Program-made: the position numbers and the translations under genes | DNA from: Lingula anatina | Taxonomy: Eukaryota; Animalia; Brachiopoda | NCBI GenBank assembly: GCA_051362555.1 | Contig: CM120640.1 | Location: 6,572,001 to 6,636,000 of the forward strand | Direction: 5' to 3' | Length of the DNA: 64,000 nucleotides | Notes under the pieces: model-generated | What the model saw: the letters and a program-made list of their open reading frames with translations, nothing else | Database searches by the model: none | Told to the model about the DNA's origin: nothing | Part shown: positions 38,092-51,400 of the stretch, piece after piece | Numbering within the stretch: position 1 is the first letter of the stretch | Layout: every line of letters starts with the position of its first letter

Positions 38092-39432
38092 ATGGAGACT
38101 TTAATGATACTGTCACAGCCTCTCAATCAAGGAATACAAGAACCAGTTATCACAGAGAAAACCCCGTCCAGAGAATTTCCTGTGCTGGCAGTGACACGCA
38201 ATCGTTCTTTCTCCAAGTTAAATGAACTCGGCGAGCCTGACGGCCAGGCCAAAGATAATGAAAATGTTCAGGACGGGAGAGGTCTCGATTCTGAGCAATA
38301 CATGAAAAATGAATTAAGTACTGCATCAAGTGCTGAACGTGGCAGTGCATTTCCAGCTGGTTGTCAAGAAAACAGCACACAGCCACAAGAACCAGATTCT
38401 AAGACTGATATCAATGAAACTGATTCTCACAGCAATGACAGCGGTTCTAGGCAAGGTTCTGGCAAAATGGAACACACTTTACCGAAGTGGCCCATAAGTC
38501 CAAGCGAAATCAAACCAACGAAGAAAAGAGAGCCAATCTCTCGATTGCCGTCGACTATCATATTCGAGGCAAATGAACGCCGTGCTCAAAGAATGCGGGA
38601 AGGCTTCTGGAGGACAATGAAACTGACCCCAGGAGAACTGGATCTCCAGGAGAAATTCCGAGAAAACTCGGAAGCTTTCCATTATCGCGTCAAACAATTT
38701 CCCAAAGAGAAAAAGCAGGATACCGAAGATCCAGACAGGCTTAATTTATCGCAAATTGTTAGTCGGATAGGGAACAGTTCACAGCATTCAAATGATAAAG
38801 AATTTGCGGAGGGACGTATCAAAGAAATGAGTAAGTTGAACAGCAGAAAGCGCGGCACGTCTCTCAATGCAGTGGAATTGGTGCTTAAAGCAGACAGTCG
38901 CAGTCGAAGGGAAGAAAAAAGAGTCTCGGGATCGGAATTGGGATCCGACCTTTCAGCAAGCAGTTTGCGCCCCATTCTGTCGCCGGTAGAAAAGGCAGTA
39001 AAGGCACGATCTGCTACATACGAGGCAATACAGAGAAGTCGCCTTAACAGAGCAGCGGCATACGACTCTGTCCCGTCTTTTCAAAAATTTATGAACAAAT
39101 CAGAAGGTGCAGATCACTTGTCGGGGATACTCAACAATAAGGCTGCAAAGATGCACAGGTTTCCAACGACCATTGATAACTGTATTCAGCTGACGCTGGA
39201 AGAAAGAGACAGACTGAATATGAACAGAGCTCATACTACGGGCCAGATGACGAAATTTCCTAATCTGAAGAAGGACGGCCTTCTCTGTGGAGAATGCAGT
39301 GCTAAGAGAAACATTGAAACAATGGCAGAGATGGGATGCTCTGCCTTTGAAATGACAATGGAAGACGAAAATGATGCAAGCAAGCTCAGAAAGAAGTTAA
39401 ATATTATCATACCGACGCAGCCTAATGATTAA
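38092..39432 (+). CDS. Uncharacterised disordered/basic protein (orphan 2, about 446 aa, intronless CDS)
   Basis: 453-codon ORF with first ATG at 38092. C-terminal FPNLKKDGLLCGECS. AATAAA follows at about 39493. Confidence 0.8.
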   Translation: METLMILSQPLNQGIQEPVITEKTPSREFPVLAVTRNRSFSKLNELGEPDGQAKDNENVQDGRGLDSEQYMKNELSTASSAERGSAFPAGCQENSTQPQEPDSKTDINETDSHSNDSGSRQGSGKMEHTLPKWPISPSEIKPTKKREPISRLPSTIIFEANERRAQRMREGFWRTMKLTPGELDLQEKFRENSEAFHYRVKQFPKEKKQDTEDPDRLNLSQIVSRIGNSSQHSNDKEFAEGRIKEMSKLNSRKRGTSLNAVELVLKADSRSRREEKRVSGSELGSDLSASSLRPILSPVEKAVKARSATYEAIQRSRLNRAAAYDSVPSFQKFMNKSEGADHLSGILNNKAAKMHRFPTTIDNCIQLTLEERDRLNMNRAHTTGQMTKFPNLKKDGLLCGECSAKRNIETMAEMGCSAFEMTMEDENDASKLRKKLNIIIPTQPND

Positions 39433-41754
39433 AACGTGGTGACTTTGATGTGCAATCAAATTGTTATTAAATTTTGAAATTGACTTTGTGATAATAAACT
39501 TTCAAATGTTCTGAATGCAGGCAAATTGGTTGTATCGGTCGACATTTAAAAAGTGACCATGCCAAAATCATTAACTCTTTGCTCATGTCCAATTTTTCAA
39601 ACCTTCATTTTCTATTTTATTATATTTAATGTTGATTTTAATGAATTGTTACAGTGGATATGGACTGTTTATGGTGAACTACATGTACGTATGACAAAAA
39701 TGAATATTTCTTTTTTGAAAAGATTTTACATTATGTGAAGCATTGAGAGCATTGTCAAAAATAAAGGATGTTATACATGTACATAATTAAGTTTATTTGG
39801 TCGTTTTATATTTACCACTTTGCCTGACCTCTGCTTTATTTTTCAAAATATTAAAGTAATCGAACAGTATGAAATGATACAGTATGTACAGCGTACATGT
39901 ATGTGTTACATTTAATGGGCCCAAGGTAAGGTCGATCGCTATTTCAGATTAAAAATAACAGACTTCATAAAGGTTTCATTGCATTTTTAGTGGATGGAAA
40001 ACATGGTTTTGGCATTGGAAAGAGTTGTAGAAAAGTGAAAAAATGTGCTTATTATGTAGAGCATTTTCTTCTGCCAACAACGTCCTCATTTTTGTCTGAT
40101 GCAAAAAATCATCAGCCCCGGTATTGAATTAGGCTGATCACGCAACGGAGACCGCATGGTTGGCAAGGATGCTCAGCATTTTTTAAGGTTAAAGTGCTTT
40201 TCACATAAATACAGAGTAGTATTTCAGTCAGCTTATTACAAAATGTTTTTATGAAAATTCCACTGATCATAGATGTAGTGTATCACTGTCATGTACAGCC
40301 ATGCTTCATTTATTGCAAGCTTCCTTACGTAGGGCAAAGAGAATGAGAATATAACATGACATAACCTAAGTTGTAGAATCAGGGTCCGATTTTAAATGAT
40401 TTATTTGAGTCACTGCAAAAATCTTCTCAAAGCGATTTCTGCATTATTTTTGAGAGAAGCGCGAGTTTTATAAATCGAACAGTTTGTTTTATCTTTTCGC
40501 GGTCAACAGAAAAGTTAATTACTGTTTGGGGGTTGTTGCACAAAAGAACTTTACACCACATACATTGTGCTTCAAATCTCTAACAAATTGCGATAGGTGT
40601 GTTACTAAAAGGTAACTAAAAAGGACTATTGAAGGTCCTATATCACACTCATTCCGCCACTGAAATGAAAATACCAAATATTGAGACTCTGTTAAATTGC
40701 ATAACTGCATCTTGCGTTTCACATTGTGAGCAGTAATTTAAAAGACGTATCTATAACAAGAAGAACTTGACCGGAACGGAGTAAATGCTTGGTTTTATTG
40801 TTTTGTTTGTTTGTGATGTCAACAGTAACAGTCAATCGGAAGATAATTGAGCTTGTCCAATTCGTAATCAAATGGCCACTATATTCATGACAGTAAAAAG
40901 GACAAGTATAGACCATCGGACCGTGTCACTGGACAAATATTTCCACAACAATGCACCCTTTTAGGGCGCATTGATCAGTGTTTACAGTGGAGTTTTGTGT
41001 CCATGATTTACCAAATGAAATAAAGTGCAGTCAGCATCCGATTGCTTACTGTAGATTAATAATGCATACTTGCTAAAAGCGAATCACTATGTACATGGGA
41101 CTGAGATTACTTTTCGTCGTTTCTTTGTTACCTAGTGTTATGGCGGTCTCAATCAATATGAGGTCGCTTCTTTTCAGCGTCTATTATAATCATTTTCAAT
41201 GCTCTTTATGCTCCGACGCATTAAAAAATCTCTAAGTAAGCCCATTTAAGCAGACCTTTGCTACTACCCGCGGCTAAAACATTCAGTAAAAGAGGTCGAG
41301 CGTTGGGGAAGAAAAACAGGTGTTTCTTTCTCGACTAGTGTGCGCAGCTACGCGTCAATATTCAATGTTTGCAGCGCCAGTGACACATGAAATATGTGTG
41401 TTTTTCTTGGCTGGAAGTTAACCAACGGTTAACTGAAATAGCACAACAGAAAGATATACCCGGGGATCGTGAGGTCGCCAAGATAGTTGTGTCAGTTGAA
41501 GTGGCATGATTTTGATACATCTTTGTGGACTGAAAAAATGTTTATTTCAATACTTTTGTGAGGTTTCAAAAGTATCTTTGAGTTACGAGCAGCCTGCATG
41601 AGGACTAACGCTACCGATCATTAGACGCCATGACCCAGTCGTGAGCATTAGAAACCAAGCGTTATGTGATATCCCGATGACGCCAAATCACAAGATGGCT
41701 GTTAACAGAAAAAACACCATCGTTCGAGTAACTGGAAACAGATTTTAAAAAGAT

Positions 41755-43356
41755 ATGAAACTGGAAAACAGCAAATCAGCTGTGTCAACGCATACTGAAA
41801 AGAAGGAATCTCAGGATGATCAGAATGAAAGTGAGAAAGAGGAAGAGGTTCGAACACCGACTCCTTCCGACACGGATTCCATCTCACCTGCGCTGACAAA
41901 AGAAGCTCACAATCTCATTAAAAGTGACTATATTATCAGTGAGGTAAATGAGGTGATAGAACCGAAAAAACACACCAAGGCAAAGACGGTTCGGAAACAT
42001 GCGACGACCGAGGAGCGGGCCTCGTTGTTGCGGAAAGGTTGCAAGGGGTGCCATGACCGGGCCAAGTGTATTATGGACGCGACGCAGCAAACCGTGGATT
42101 TAAACTCGCTAGATGCAGAAAAAAGAGAGGCACTGGCAATTTTGTTGGGTGATACATCTTTAACGAACTCAGTTAATTTTTCCGAATCGTCGTACTCTAT
42201 AGATTTTGAGGAGAACGCGGAAGATGACTGCTGTAATAATGAAGCATGTGACAAAAATACCATGGAATCCAACATAGATAAAAATGTGTCGATAAAAGTT
42301 GAACCTTTGAAAAAAGATCAAAATTTAAGGAAAGCACAGAATCTGACTATGAATGTTGCGCAAAGAAGCAATGTACTTCAGAAAAAGGTGTCAAATAATC
42401 GTCTCCCAAAGTTGGAGGTGGTGAAAGGAAAGGACAAAGATGTAAAAAAGAATGTGAAAAAATCAGTTCATAGTAAGCTAGAACCAGCCAGCATTCCATC
42501 AAGGCGCCCCGTTCTCCCTCGCCTTCTCACGCACCACCAGATGTATCAACTTCATTATCAGGACTCGTGTGACACTGCCACTGATACCAGTGACAACAGG
42601 ACGCCAGTGTCACCCCCTACCTCCAGGCTGACTTGCTACAAATATAAATCTATCGGCAATCCTGATATCAACTTGTATCGTCGACCGCAGAATCTGTGGA
42701 GTGTTGTAGATTCTCAAACCAAACAAGAAAAAACGCGTAGGAAAGGAAACAAGATGGATGGAGAATCGATATACGGACACACGTATAAAGAAGACTGTGG
42801 AATACTGAAGAGAAAAATGAGACTTCCAGCTGTTGAAAAAATAGCCAAGCAACGGATCGATGTGCAGGGTGCTAAAGAAAAGAAACTTATTGAACAGCAA
42901 AGAACTCGAATGAAAAGTATACAATCTTTTGCCAGGGATAAAGCATTACTTCCAACTGTTTATCGCGATTTCTTTCAATCCGAACACAGACAAAAAGTAT
43001 ACATTAAAGCAATGTACCAAAATGATAAAAAGAGCAAGCGTCGCTCAGAAGACAGAGAAATTCAATGTGCTAAAGTTAAACCCGTGCGGGTTAGAGAGGA
43101 CGCAGAGGAACAGTTGGAAAGATGCCAGTACTGTGACGTGTTAGGGCGGAGATACTGCTCAGACTGCATTGAACAGAAAAACAGGCACTTTGCAAGAGGG
43201 TATGAAAGAAATTTTCTTCCCAACGTCAACGCTGACACCGTTAGTCTCGTGGCACCGAGGTTATCGTATAATCTCACGTACAGGGTGCCGCAAAAATCAA
43301 ACCTTTCTTTCAGCCAGTGGCCTCCAAAATACAAGTATATGGAACAATATATGTAA
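41755..43356 (+). CDS. Uncharacterised Lys/Arg-rich protein (orphan 3, 533 aa, intronless CDS) with a Cys motif
   Basis: 533-codon ORF containing CKGC and CQYCDVLGRRYCSDC..RHF. Confidence 0.82.
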   Translation: MKLENSKSAVSTHTEKKESQDDQNESEKEEEVRTPTPSDTDSISPALTKEAHNLIKSDYIISEVNEVIEPKKHTKAKTVRKHATTEERASLLRKGCKGCHDRAKCIMDATQQTVDLNSLDAEKREALAILLGDTSLTNSVNFSESSYSIDFEENAEDDCCNNEACDKNTMESNIDKNVSIKVEPLKKDQNLRKAQNLTMNVAQRSNVLQKKVSNNRLPKLEVVKGKDKDVKKNVKKSVHSKLEPASIPSRRPVLPRLLTHHQMYQLHYQDSCDTATDTSDNRTPVSPPTSRLTCYKYKSIGNPDINLYRRPQNLWSVVDSQTKQEKTRRKGNKMDGESIYGHTYKEDCGILKRKMRLPAVEKIAKQRIDVQGAKEKKLIEQQRTRMKSIQSFARDKALLPTVYRDFFQSEHRQKVYIKAMYQNDKKSKRRSEDREIQCAKVKPVRVREDAEEQLERCQYCDVLGRRYCSDCIEQKNRHFARGYERNFLPNVNADTVSLVAPRLSYNLTYRVPQKSNLSFSQWPPKYKYMEQYM

Positions 43357-45403
43357 GCATATTATGGAACATATTTATGGGTTATTATTCTAGTCGAGTA
43401 CAAACTCAGTTTACCATGGTTTACATCGAAATCTTTGTAGGCCTATTTTGCTTTATGCGGTAAAAGGTCGTAGTTGTTGAATGTGCTTCTACCATCGTTC
43501 TTTACTATCACTATTATTATTAGTAAATATATTTGTATAAAAAGTAAATATTTGCCTTTTTGGTTTTTCATGTTCCGATTTTAATGTATGAATTGAAATC
43601 CAAACAATTCTTAAGGATTACAAAAATACAAAGCACAATATGAAACTCTACGACTTACTCAGATCGACATTTGGAAAAGGGGGACAAACGTTTTCAATCA
43701 CATTTTTGTAATAAAATTGAAAACCTCTTTTCGAATTCAAATACTTGAAATTAGTGCGGATTTTGAGAGAGAAAAAAAAAAACATCCAACATCAAGCCAA
43801 TTTCGTTCAAGAGCCCATTTCACCAGTCCGCTCCGATTATCTTAAAAGGGGAAAAAAGTTTTATTTCAAAATTTATCTTCAAACTTTTTATGGTTCCTTT
43901 TCGCTTTATAAGTGGAATTTGCAGGGCCAAATATTGCATTTTCACTAGATATTCACAGATGTCTCTGGCTAATTCTTGACAAATTTCCTTACTGTCCAAC
44001 AAGATTTTTTGCATGGAACTTATGTCATCATTCAGCTGGCCACTAATATACAGTAGTATTTGCCCACTTGATGCAAGTCTTCTGATGAAACTAATTAGTT
44101 CTACGATTTCCCCACACAGGAGACATCGAAGCCCACTTTCAATCAAATGACCACATAACACAAGAACTTACAAATAGCTTTTTTTTATTAAAACAAAATC
44201 AGAATTGTTCTACCTTTTACACACAAGCCAAGCAAAAACGCACATCGAAACAAAACGTTGCAGACCAATTACTGTGATTACAGACATCATTTAGCATACA
44301 TTTCAATGTCATTGTGAGCAAGTTCTGCAAGTGTTGGATTCCATTAAATATACGTTTTATCAGATTTATGATTGCCGATAATGTTTTTTCTTTAGGGACT
44401 GTATATAAAATTGAAAGAAAATAATGGACGGAAAAAATGCAAGATATGAAGCGACACAGGGCTCACTCCAAAGATATGTCTTCAGGTGTACAAATATTAA
44501 TCCAGACATCTAGTTATATCTTATCCAATGCCTGGAATATACTGTTATCTCACTACAAAAAGAAAATATATATTTTGAAATAATGCTACATCTGGTTCAC
44601 AAAAAACACATTCCTCTTTCAAAAAATATACCTCAAGAAGAGCATGCAGAACAAATATTGTTAAAAATACTGATTTTCTGTATTTAAAACTGGTAAATTT
44701 TGTTTTCAACACTGTATGTATATCTGAATGGAAATGGTCCCATAAATGTTCATTAAGTACTATAAATATGTAAGTACAGATTAAAATAAAAAGTAAATGT
44801 ATAAATACTACAATATTTCAAAAATAGCATTATTAGTGTAATTTTTAGTATATTATGTCAATATTATCATTTTTAAATCAACATCTTACAGTTTAAAAAT
44901 TCTTTCTAATCTGTACACCTCATCAAGAATTTCCTCATAGACTTAACAATTAATTAATTATGTCAAAAATACATCACTGACACTCGTTTGTTTTAGTATG
45001 AATCATATCATCTTTCCATATACCTAGTAAGTTTTCAATAATGAACGGATCCTCAAACTAAACGGTTCTCATGCTTTAACAAGGGAGATACTCTACACCT
45101 GTGTTTAAAGAGCAAATATTACATTGGGTACTCTTAAAAATAATCACTGTCACTCTTACTTGACAAATACATAGGCTTTAAACACCACATATACTGAGAT
45201 CTTGTACCACCAAATAATTATTAGAGGTTAAATGTGAGATACTTTTGAATGTTGATGTGCTTGAAAGCAGTATTGCCTTCTGATTACCACCTTCTCAACA
45301 ACTGCAATGTTCACGATTTCTCTTCATGATTTGATACCAGTATACCCACGTTGCTCTGTCAGTGAAATATCAGCTTTTTCATGTTACAGCTTCTAGATAT
45401 GTG

Positions 45404-48400
45404 TCAATAACTCCCGTATACCATGATAATCTTGTTAAAAGCTACAAAGACCCCCTTGTTAGGTTTACTGGAATGAATACAAGAATACAGATGTAATACC
45501 ATCATATGTATGCAGACATCTAGAGATAATATCTGTTACTTTTCATATTTTCCTTTTTAGATTATAGAATATAATTTCATAATAATAACATCAAGATATT
45601 TACCCAAATCAAAAATCATTAGACTACCTGATACACACAGGTCAATTGTTTAGTATCATTCAAAACTTACCATCTAAAATACCGTTTATCTTCAAATGTT
45701 CCATCATGTTTACCCTCTGGAATGAAAAAAATAATGAAATACTCAAATCTTCTTTTTGGGATAAAAGATAGAGATGACAAGTCTTATCACTATGTAATCA
45801 GCTGCATCAAATATATCCACATTTATTCAATTCATTCTATAGGCAAAAATCCAACTTTTATCACTTTTTCCAAGACTACATGAGGATGTCTCCTAGCCTT
45901 TACGAATAGAAGTATTATTGCCCGACTGGTCTTACCTTCATTTTCTAGCTCCACTCCCACGTAAGTGTCATTCCGTCCTGGTAGGTGTCCAATAAACTTG
46001 ACCAGACCGCGGCTGATCTTCCCTCCTTGGCGGGAAAACTTGATCACATCTTCCAGACTGATGTCACCAGGACTACGAGGTGCAAATGGACGTCTGCCCA
46101 AAGTACTGGTACCTTCACGCCTGGCAAAAATATATATTGTTAAATTTTTTCTCCAATGTAATTAGTTGTTTTCTACTTCCGATGACAGAAGAATTTCTTT
46201 CAAGAACATTTGTTAGAATTATTAATTCAATAACAAAACAAATGTCATGGCGGGAACCAGATGAGTTGAAAACTAATGTAAATAGTATTTTCTTTCCCAG
46301 TATGCTTTTTAAAAATGTTACAGCACACAAAAATGTCAAGATAATTTTCAGGTTCACTTTTCAAATACTTAACAATATACCTACATGCCTAAAATTTAAG
46401 CTTTAAGAGCAAATGCTCCAAAGGTATTGGATAAAACTGGTAAACATAGACTTACTTTTGACCAATGAGACCTTTGTTGTGCTGAGTGACCAGGACTGAT
46501 GGACTGACTGACCTCAGTCCAGCTGTAGGGGATGTTACCCTGGGGGGAGAGGTGGGGGAGCCACTGCGGTGGGTCTTACCTAGGACACATCAATTATGAC
46601 GTTATTTATAATAATCAAGAATTTGGGGGGAAAACATAAAACATAAAGTTTGAAACTTTTTCACTGACGGTTACATCCTACATTACGTTTTCTTGTCATG
46701 AATGACAGTGGAATTATTGCAGCATATATAACACATGCTTGTTCACATTTTCCTTTCTTTTTTCTAACACTACAAACCCTGAAATGCATAATATGCTATT
46801 ACCAAATATATCTAGCTTCTTATTCAGATGATGAAAATTAGGCAAATACCATGAAACTTACCCCCTACATCAAACGACCTAGGCCTACTTCTAGATCCTG
46901 TCAATGGCTTGACACCTAACTCTTTATCATAGTCACTCATGATGGATGAGGCAGAGCTGGTGCTGTCAATGGACTTCCTTCTGGCAGGCCTGGGCACGTG
47001 GCCGTTCATACTCAGACCATGAATTTCATTAATCAAATCTGTGGTTGACTCAGAAGGTGCAACTTCGTCATCTACAAATGCCCCATGGTGCCGTGTACCT
47101 AGGAGGGACAGAGACATGAAGAAATGAAATAAGGCAAAGCCATATAAAACATATAAAAGACCTTTGTGTGTAATGTACTGGATATAAAGGGTGCGCTCAC
47201 TTATACACAACCAAACTTGCCTAGTAGTTCTCACACATCTATGCCTACTTATGCCACAACTATAAAGGTAACTCAAGTCCATGTTGAAACAAATTATCTG
47301 ATAAAGACTCGGAACATTGTGAGAATCTATGTCAATGCAAGTGCTATAGTTTTATTTTAACTATGAACCACAGTGATTCAATAAAGAACTGCATGATCAA
47401 CTCATTAAGTAATTAGTACTAAATAAATACCAATATGAAATAGTATCACTGCAAGACAGATTTACAACAAGAGAGAAAAAAATAGTTCATCATTAAGGCT
47501 CTTACACACAAACTTGGTGATTTGTCTCTATCAACAGGTAGATGTGAATATTAAAGAAAAGTGATGATGCCACGATGTGCTACACAGCAAGCAAAATAAG
47601 TGTGTTTTGTTACAAGTGTTAATTTCTTCAAACTAAACTCAGGTTCCATTTAACAGATGCAAGAAACACTATTCCCCTATTGCAAACTACAACTCAACAA
47701 TTGTAAACTACATTTACAGAGCCAGTATGTCTGATCATAAACAATGACTTCTTTTTAAAATGCACACAATAGCCTAATAGCTTTACTGTATGTGCACATA
47801 TTAGTGTGAAGCATCTCAGTTTGAAGCAGTGTCTCATCCACACCTTTTCCTTCCATACTTCTATCATCATAGAACGGAGACGTTTTGTGAGATGTCAGAG
47901 GAGGGTGGTGAGGAGGAGGAGGAGGGAGGTGAGGATGATGGCTCTCTGTGTGCTGAGGAGCCATGAGATATTCTGTGGTGTCACTTCTGTCTGACAGTGC
48001 AGGACTGGGGACACGTGGCACTGGCACCTCAGGCTCTGAAATATCATAATGGACATGAAGTAAAAGTACCCCAAAAGATGCTGTGTTACGTCAGGCTGTG
48101 ATAAGGATCTGGGAGCCCCTGGAAAAATCATACTGCCAAGGTAAGTTCCATGGGGTAAAATATATTTGTATCATACTGCCAAGGTAAGTTCCATGGGGTA
48201 AAATATATTTGTATAAGATTAGTAATCTCACATACATCTATGTTTTCTTTCAAACACTTGTTGCTGAAAAAATCAAATGACATTGAACCATGACATGGGC
48301 AAAAATATAAAGTGTATAAACACGAATACAACTATTTTACAAAACTTCCCAATTTTCTTTGCACATTTACAGTGGCAAAATTGACGTCGCTAAGCAAATA

Positions 48401-51400
48401 AAACAAAGTAAATGTAAACAATATGTAGATAACCATTTATGCACATGAAATAAAAATGTATGTAGAAATGTATGTGCATGAGAACAAGATAAGGTGGAAT
48501 AACATTACTGTTATGTCTACCAGTTGACAGAGAAAAAGTACCAATACTTATTATGCAATCTCTTCTTTAAAATGTTGGTTTAATGTGTCAAGTTACTCAA
48601 CAATATTTCTGTGAAAATAGATACTTGGCCAAAGCAAGAAGAATTAAATTTACAGGAATGATCACAGTGCATACTACAATGTTTCAACACTTTCACATGA
48701 TGTAAAAGACTATAACATAAGAGCTCAAGGAACTGGTGCAGTAAGTTACAGAGGACAAATATGGTGATAAAGAGGACAGGTAGGAGGTAGGGTGTTAAAG
48801 AGGATACAAGTAGGATGTTAAAGAGAACAGGTACAGTTCAGGCAGGGTGTTAAAAGGGACAGGTAGCTATAGGGTACAGGCAGTGTGTTAATGAGGACAG
48901 GTAGGGTACAGGCAGGGTGTTAAAGAGGACAGGTAGGATACAGGCAGGGTATTAAAGAGGACAGGTAGGGTACAAGCAGTGTGTTAAAGAGGACAGGTAG
49001 GGTTCAGGCAGGGTGTTAAAAAGGACAGGTAGGGTACAGGCAGGGTGTTAAAGAGGACAGGTAGGGTACAGGCAGAGTGTTAAAGAGAACAGGTATAGTA
49101 CAGTACAGGCAGGGTGTTACAAGGGACAGGTAGGATACAGACAGGGTGTTAAAGAGGATGCAGGTAGGGTACAGGCAGGGTGTTAAAGAGGACAGATAGG
49201 ATACAGGCAGGGTGTTAAAGAGGCCAGGTACAGTACAGGCAGGGTGTTAAAGAGGACAGGTAGGATGAAGGCAAGATGTTAAAGAGGACAGGTAGGATAC
49301 AGGTAGGGTGTTGAAGAAGACAGGTAGGATACAGGCAGGATGTTAAAGAGGACAGGTAGGATAAAGGCAGGGTGTTAAAGAGGATAGGTACAGTACAGGC
49401 AGGGTGTTAAAGAGGACAGATAGGATACAGGCAGGGTGTTAAAGAGGACAGGTACAGTACAGGCAGGGTGTTAAAGAGGACAGGTAGGATACTGGCAGGG
49501 TATTAAAGAGGACAGGTACAGTACAGGCAGGGTGTTAAAGAGGACAGGTAGGATACTGGCAGGGTATTAAAGAGGACAGGTAGGATACAGTTAGGGTGTT
49601 GAAGAAGACAGGTAGGGTACAGGCAGGGTGTTACAGAGGTAAAAAAATGTGCAGGCAGGGTGTTAAAGTGGACATGAAGGGTGCATTCAGGGTTACATAG
49701 TTTTACCTGTATAAGCAGAGTACAAAGAGTGTACTCCATTCACTCTTGGGGGACTCACATAATCTTCAACCAGTTCTAAAATAAAAACCACCAGAATGTC
49801 CAGAATGCATTCCAAACCATTTAATATGGCTAATGAGTAAGCCTTTTCAACAATCTTTTCAACTTCTACAGAAATACACCCAGGCCATAAAACCTGCTGA
49901 AATGATAGTTATCTATGAAGCTTCAAAAGATGTGTTATCAAGAATTACTGGGTTTTACAAACCTTCATATCTGGATCCATATCCTGAAGATTTGTGAGCA
50001 GAGCTGTACATGCTGCCATGGTAACGCGTGTCTGAGGTGAGATCATAGCGTTTACTATCACTGCGATCACTGTACGGGGACACATGGTCTGCTGCAAATA
50101 AAATTTTTTAATAAAATATATTATCAGTTAAAAAAAAAATCCTTTTTATAGTGTAGTTCTATAAAAAAAACATATACTTAAAGCAAAAATCTTATACTTC
50201 TAAATGCCTACATTAAACTTTCTTATACCAAATCAAATTTCTATAACTTTAAAGAATACCTGATGATTTGGGAGGTGAGGGAATTTTATATCCTGTCTTG
50301 CTTTCATACTGAGCTATTCTTTCCCTCAGTCTCTTGATCTCTGCCACGGCCTCTAGCTTTTCTTGGCGGTACTTTTCTGCTGTTTCTATCAGTGCCCTCC
50401 TGTCACCTGATGAAGTAAACATATTTGATAAACATTAATCTTTATTATCTGGTCTTATGTTTTGAGCTCGTAACATGAAGAGACATAATGTGCAGGTCAT
50501 CATGCTGAACTTCAAATTTTGCTTTATTTCTTGGTACTGCAAAATGTTGAAGGGCACTGGATTTGCAAGGAAGATTAAATCATTTTTTCCTACAGATAAA
50601 ACTACTTTACCAAATTTAATTCAACTTGGTCATATTTTGTCAACCCTCACTGACCAATATAGGCCTACCATTCAAACACACATTACTGAGCAAATAAAAA
50701 GCCAACCTGAATAGACTAAACAAGTCCACATGGGCACTGGTCAATACAGGTGTTATTGTTGAACCAATTTCACATCTCTGCTGCTCCATGTTAATCAATA
50801 CAAGTAATCAATGCACTAAAACATTCTACATTTTCCCCGTCACACCAGCTTTGAGAGAGAAAGTACTTCAATTTCTATCCAGCTTTTTAATGCTAAAATT
50901 CGATGAAACCTTTCAGCAACAGGTATTTAGTTCGACTTGAAACATTTTCTTGAAATGAATGCCATAAAAACTATGTTCAATACCTAGAGGGTCCTCCTCC
51001 TGTAACTGCCCCACATAGCCGTTGTTTTTGCTGTTCTCTCTGGAATGGTATTTTTCTCGTCTCTTTGAGTCCCGTAGCTGGTCTCGCAGGGAAATATTCT
51101 CTTCATTCACTTGGTGATTTTGATCTCTCAGCTTACGCATTTCTGTTCTTAGTCTCTGAATTTCTTTTCTTAGCTCTTCCTCGTCTTCCATCAACACAGA
51201 TTCTGTATTACGCTCATTCAACTGCAAGATCTGTTAAATACAAAAGCATTTTTTTTGCTTCAAGGACTGCACAAAGATTGATCACTTATTGGACATTTAG
51301 GAGGGATCAATATTCTTTTTGGTTCAAAGTTCCTAACACACAATAATTCTGACACTACTAATTGTTCTGAACTCAAGAAATCCATGTCTTAATTTAAACA

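Noticed and set aside
43820-44161. 113-aa minus-strand ORF with CLLC
   Set aside because: Non-ATG start, no clear splice context or homology, and it lies in the likely 3' region of the CAP-Gly gene.
45404-45420. C-terminal Tyr of the CAP-Gly protein as an EEY/F-like autoinhibitory tail
   Set aside because: The tail is VYGSY and lacks the acidic residues CAP-Gly domains recognise.
48069-48118. Possible micro-exon encoding APRSLSQPD (14-3-3-like site)
   Set aside because: It has a good acceptor, but the available donors are out of phase with the next exon and leave a very short intron. Needs RNA data.
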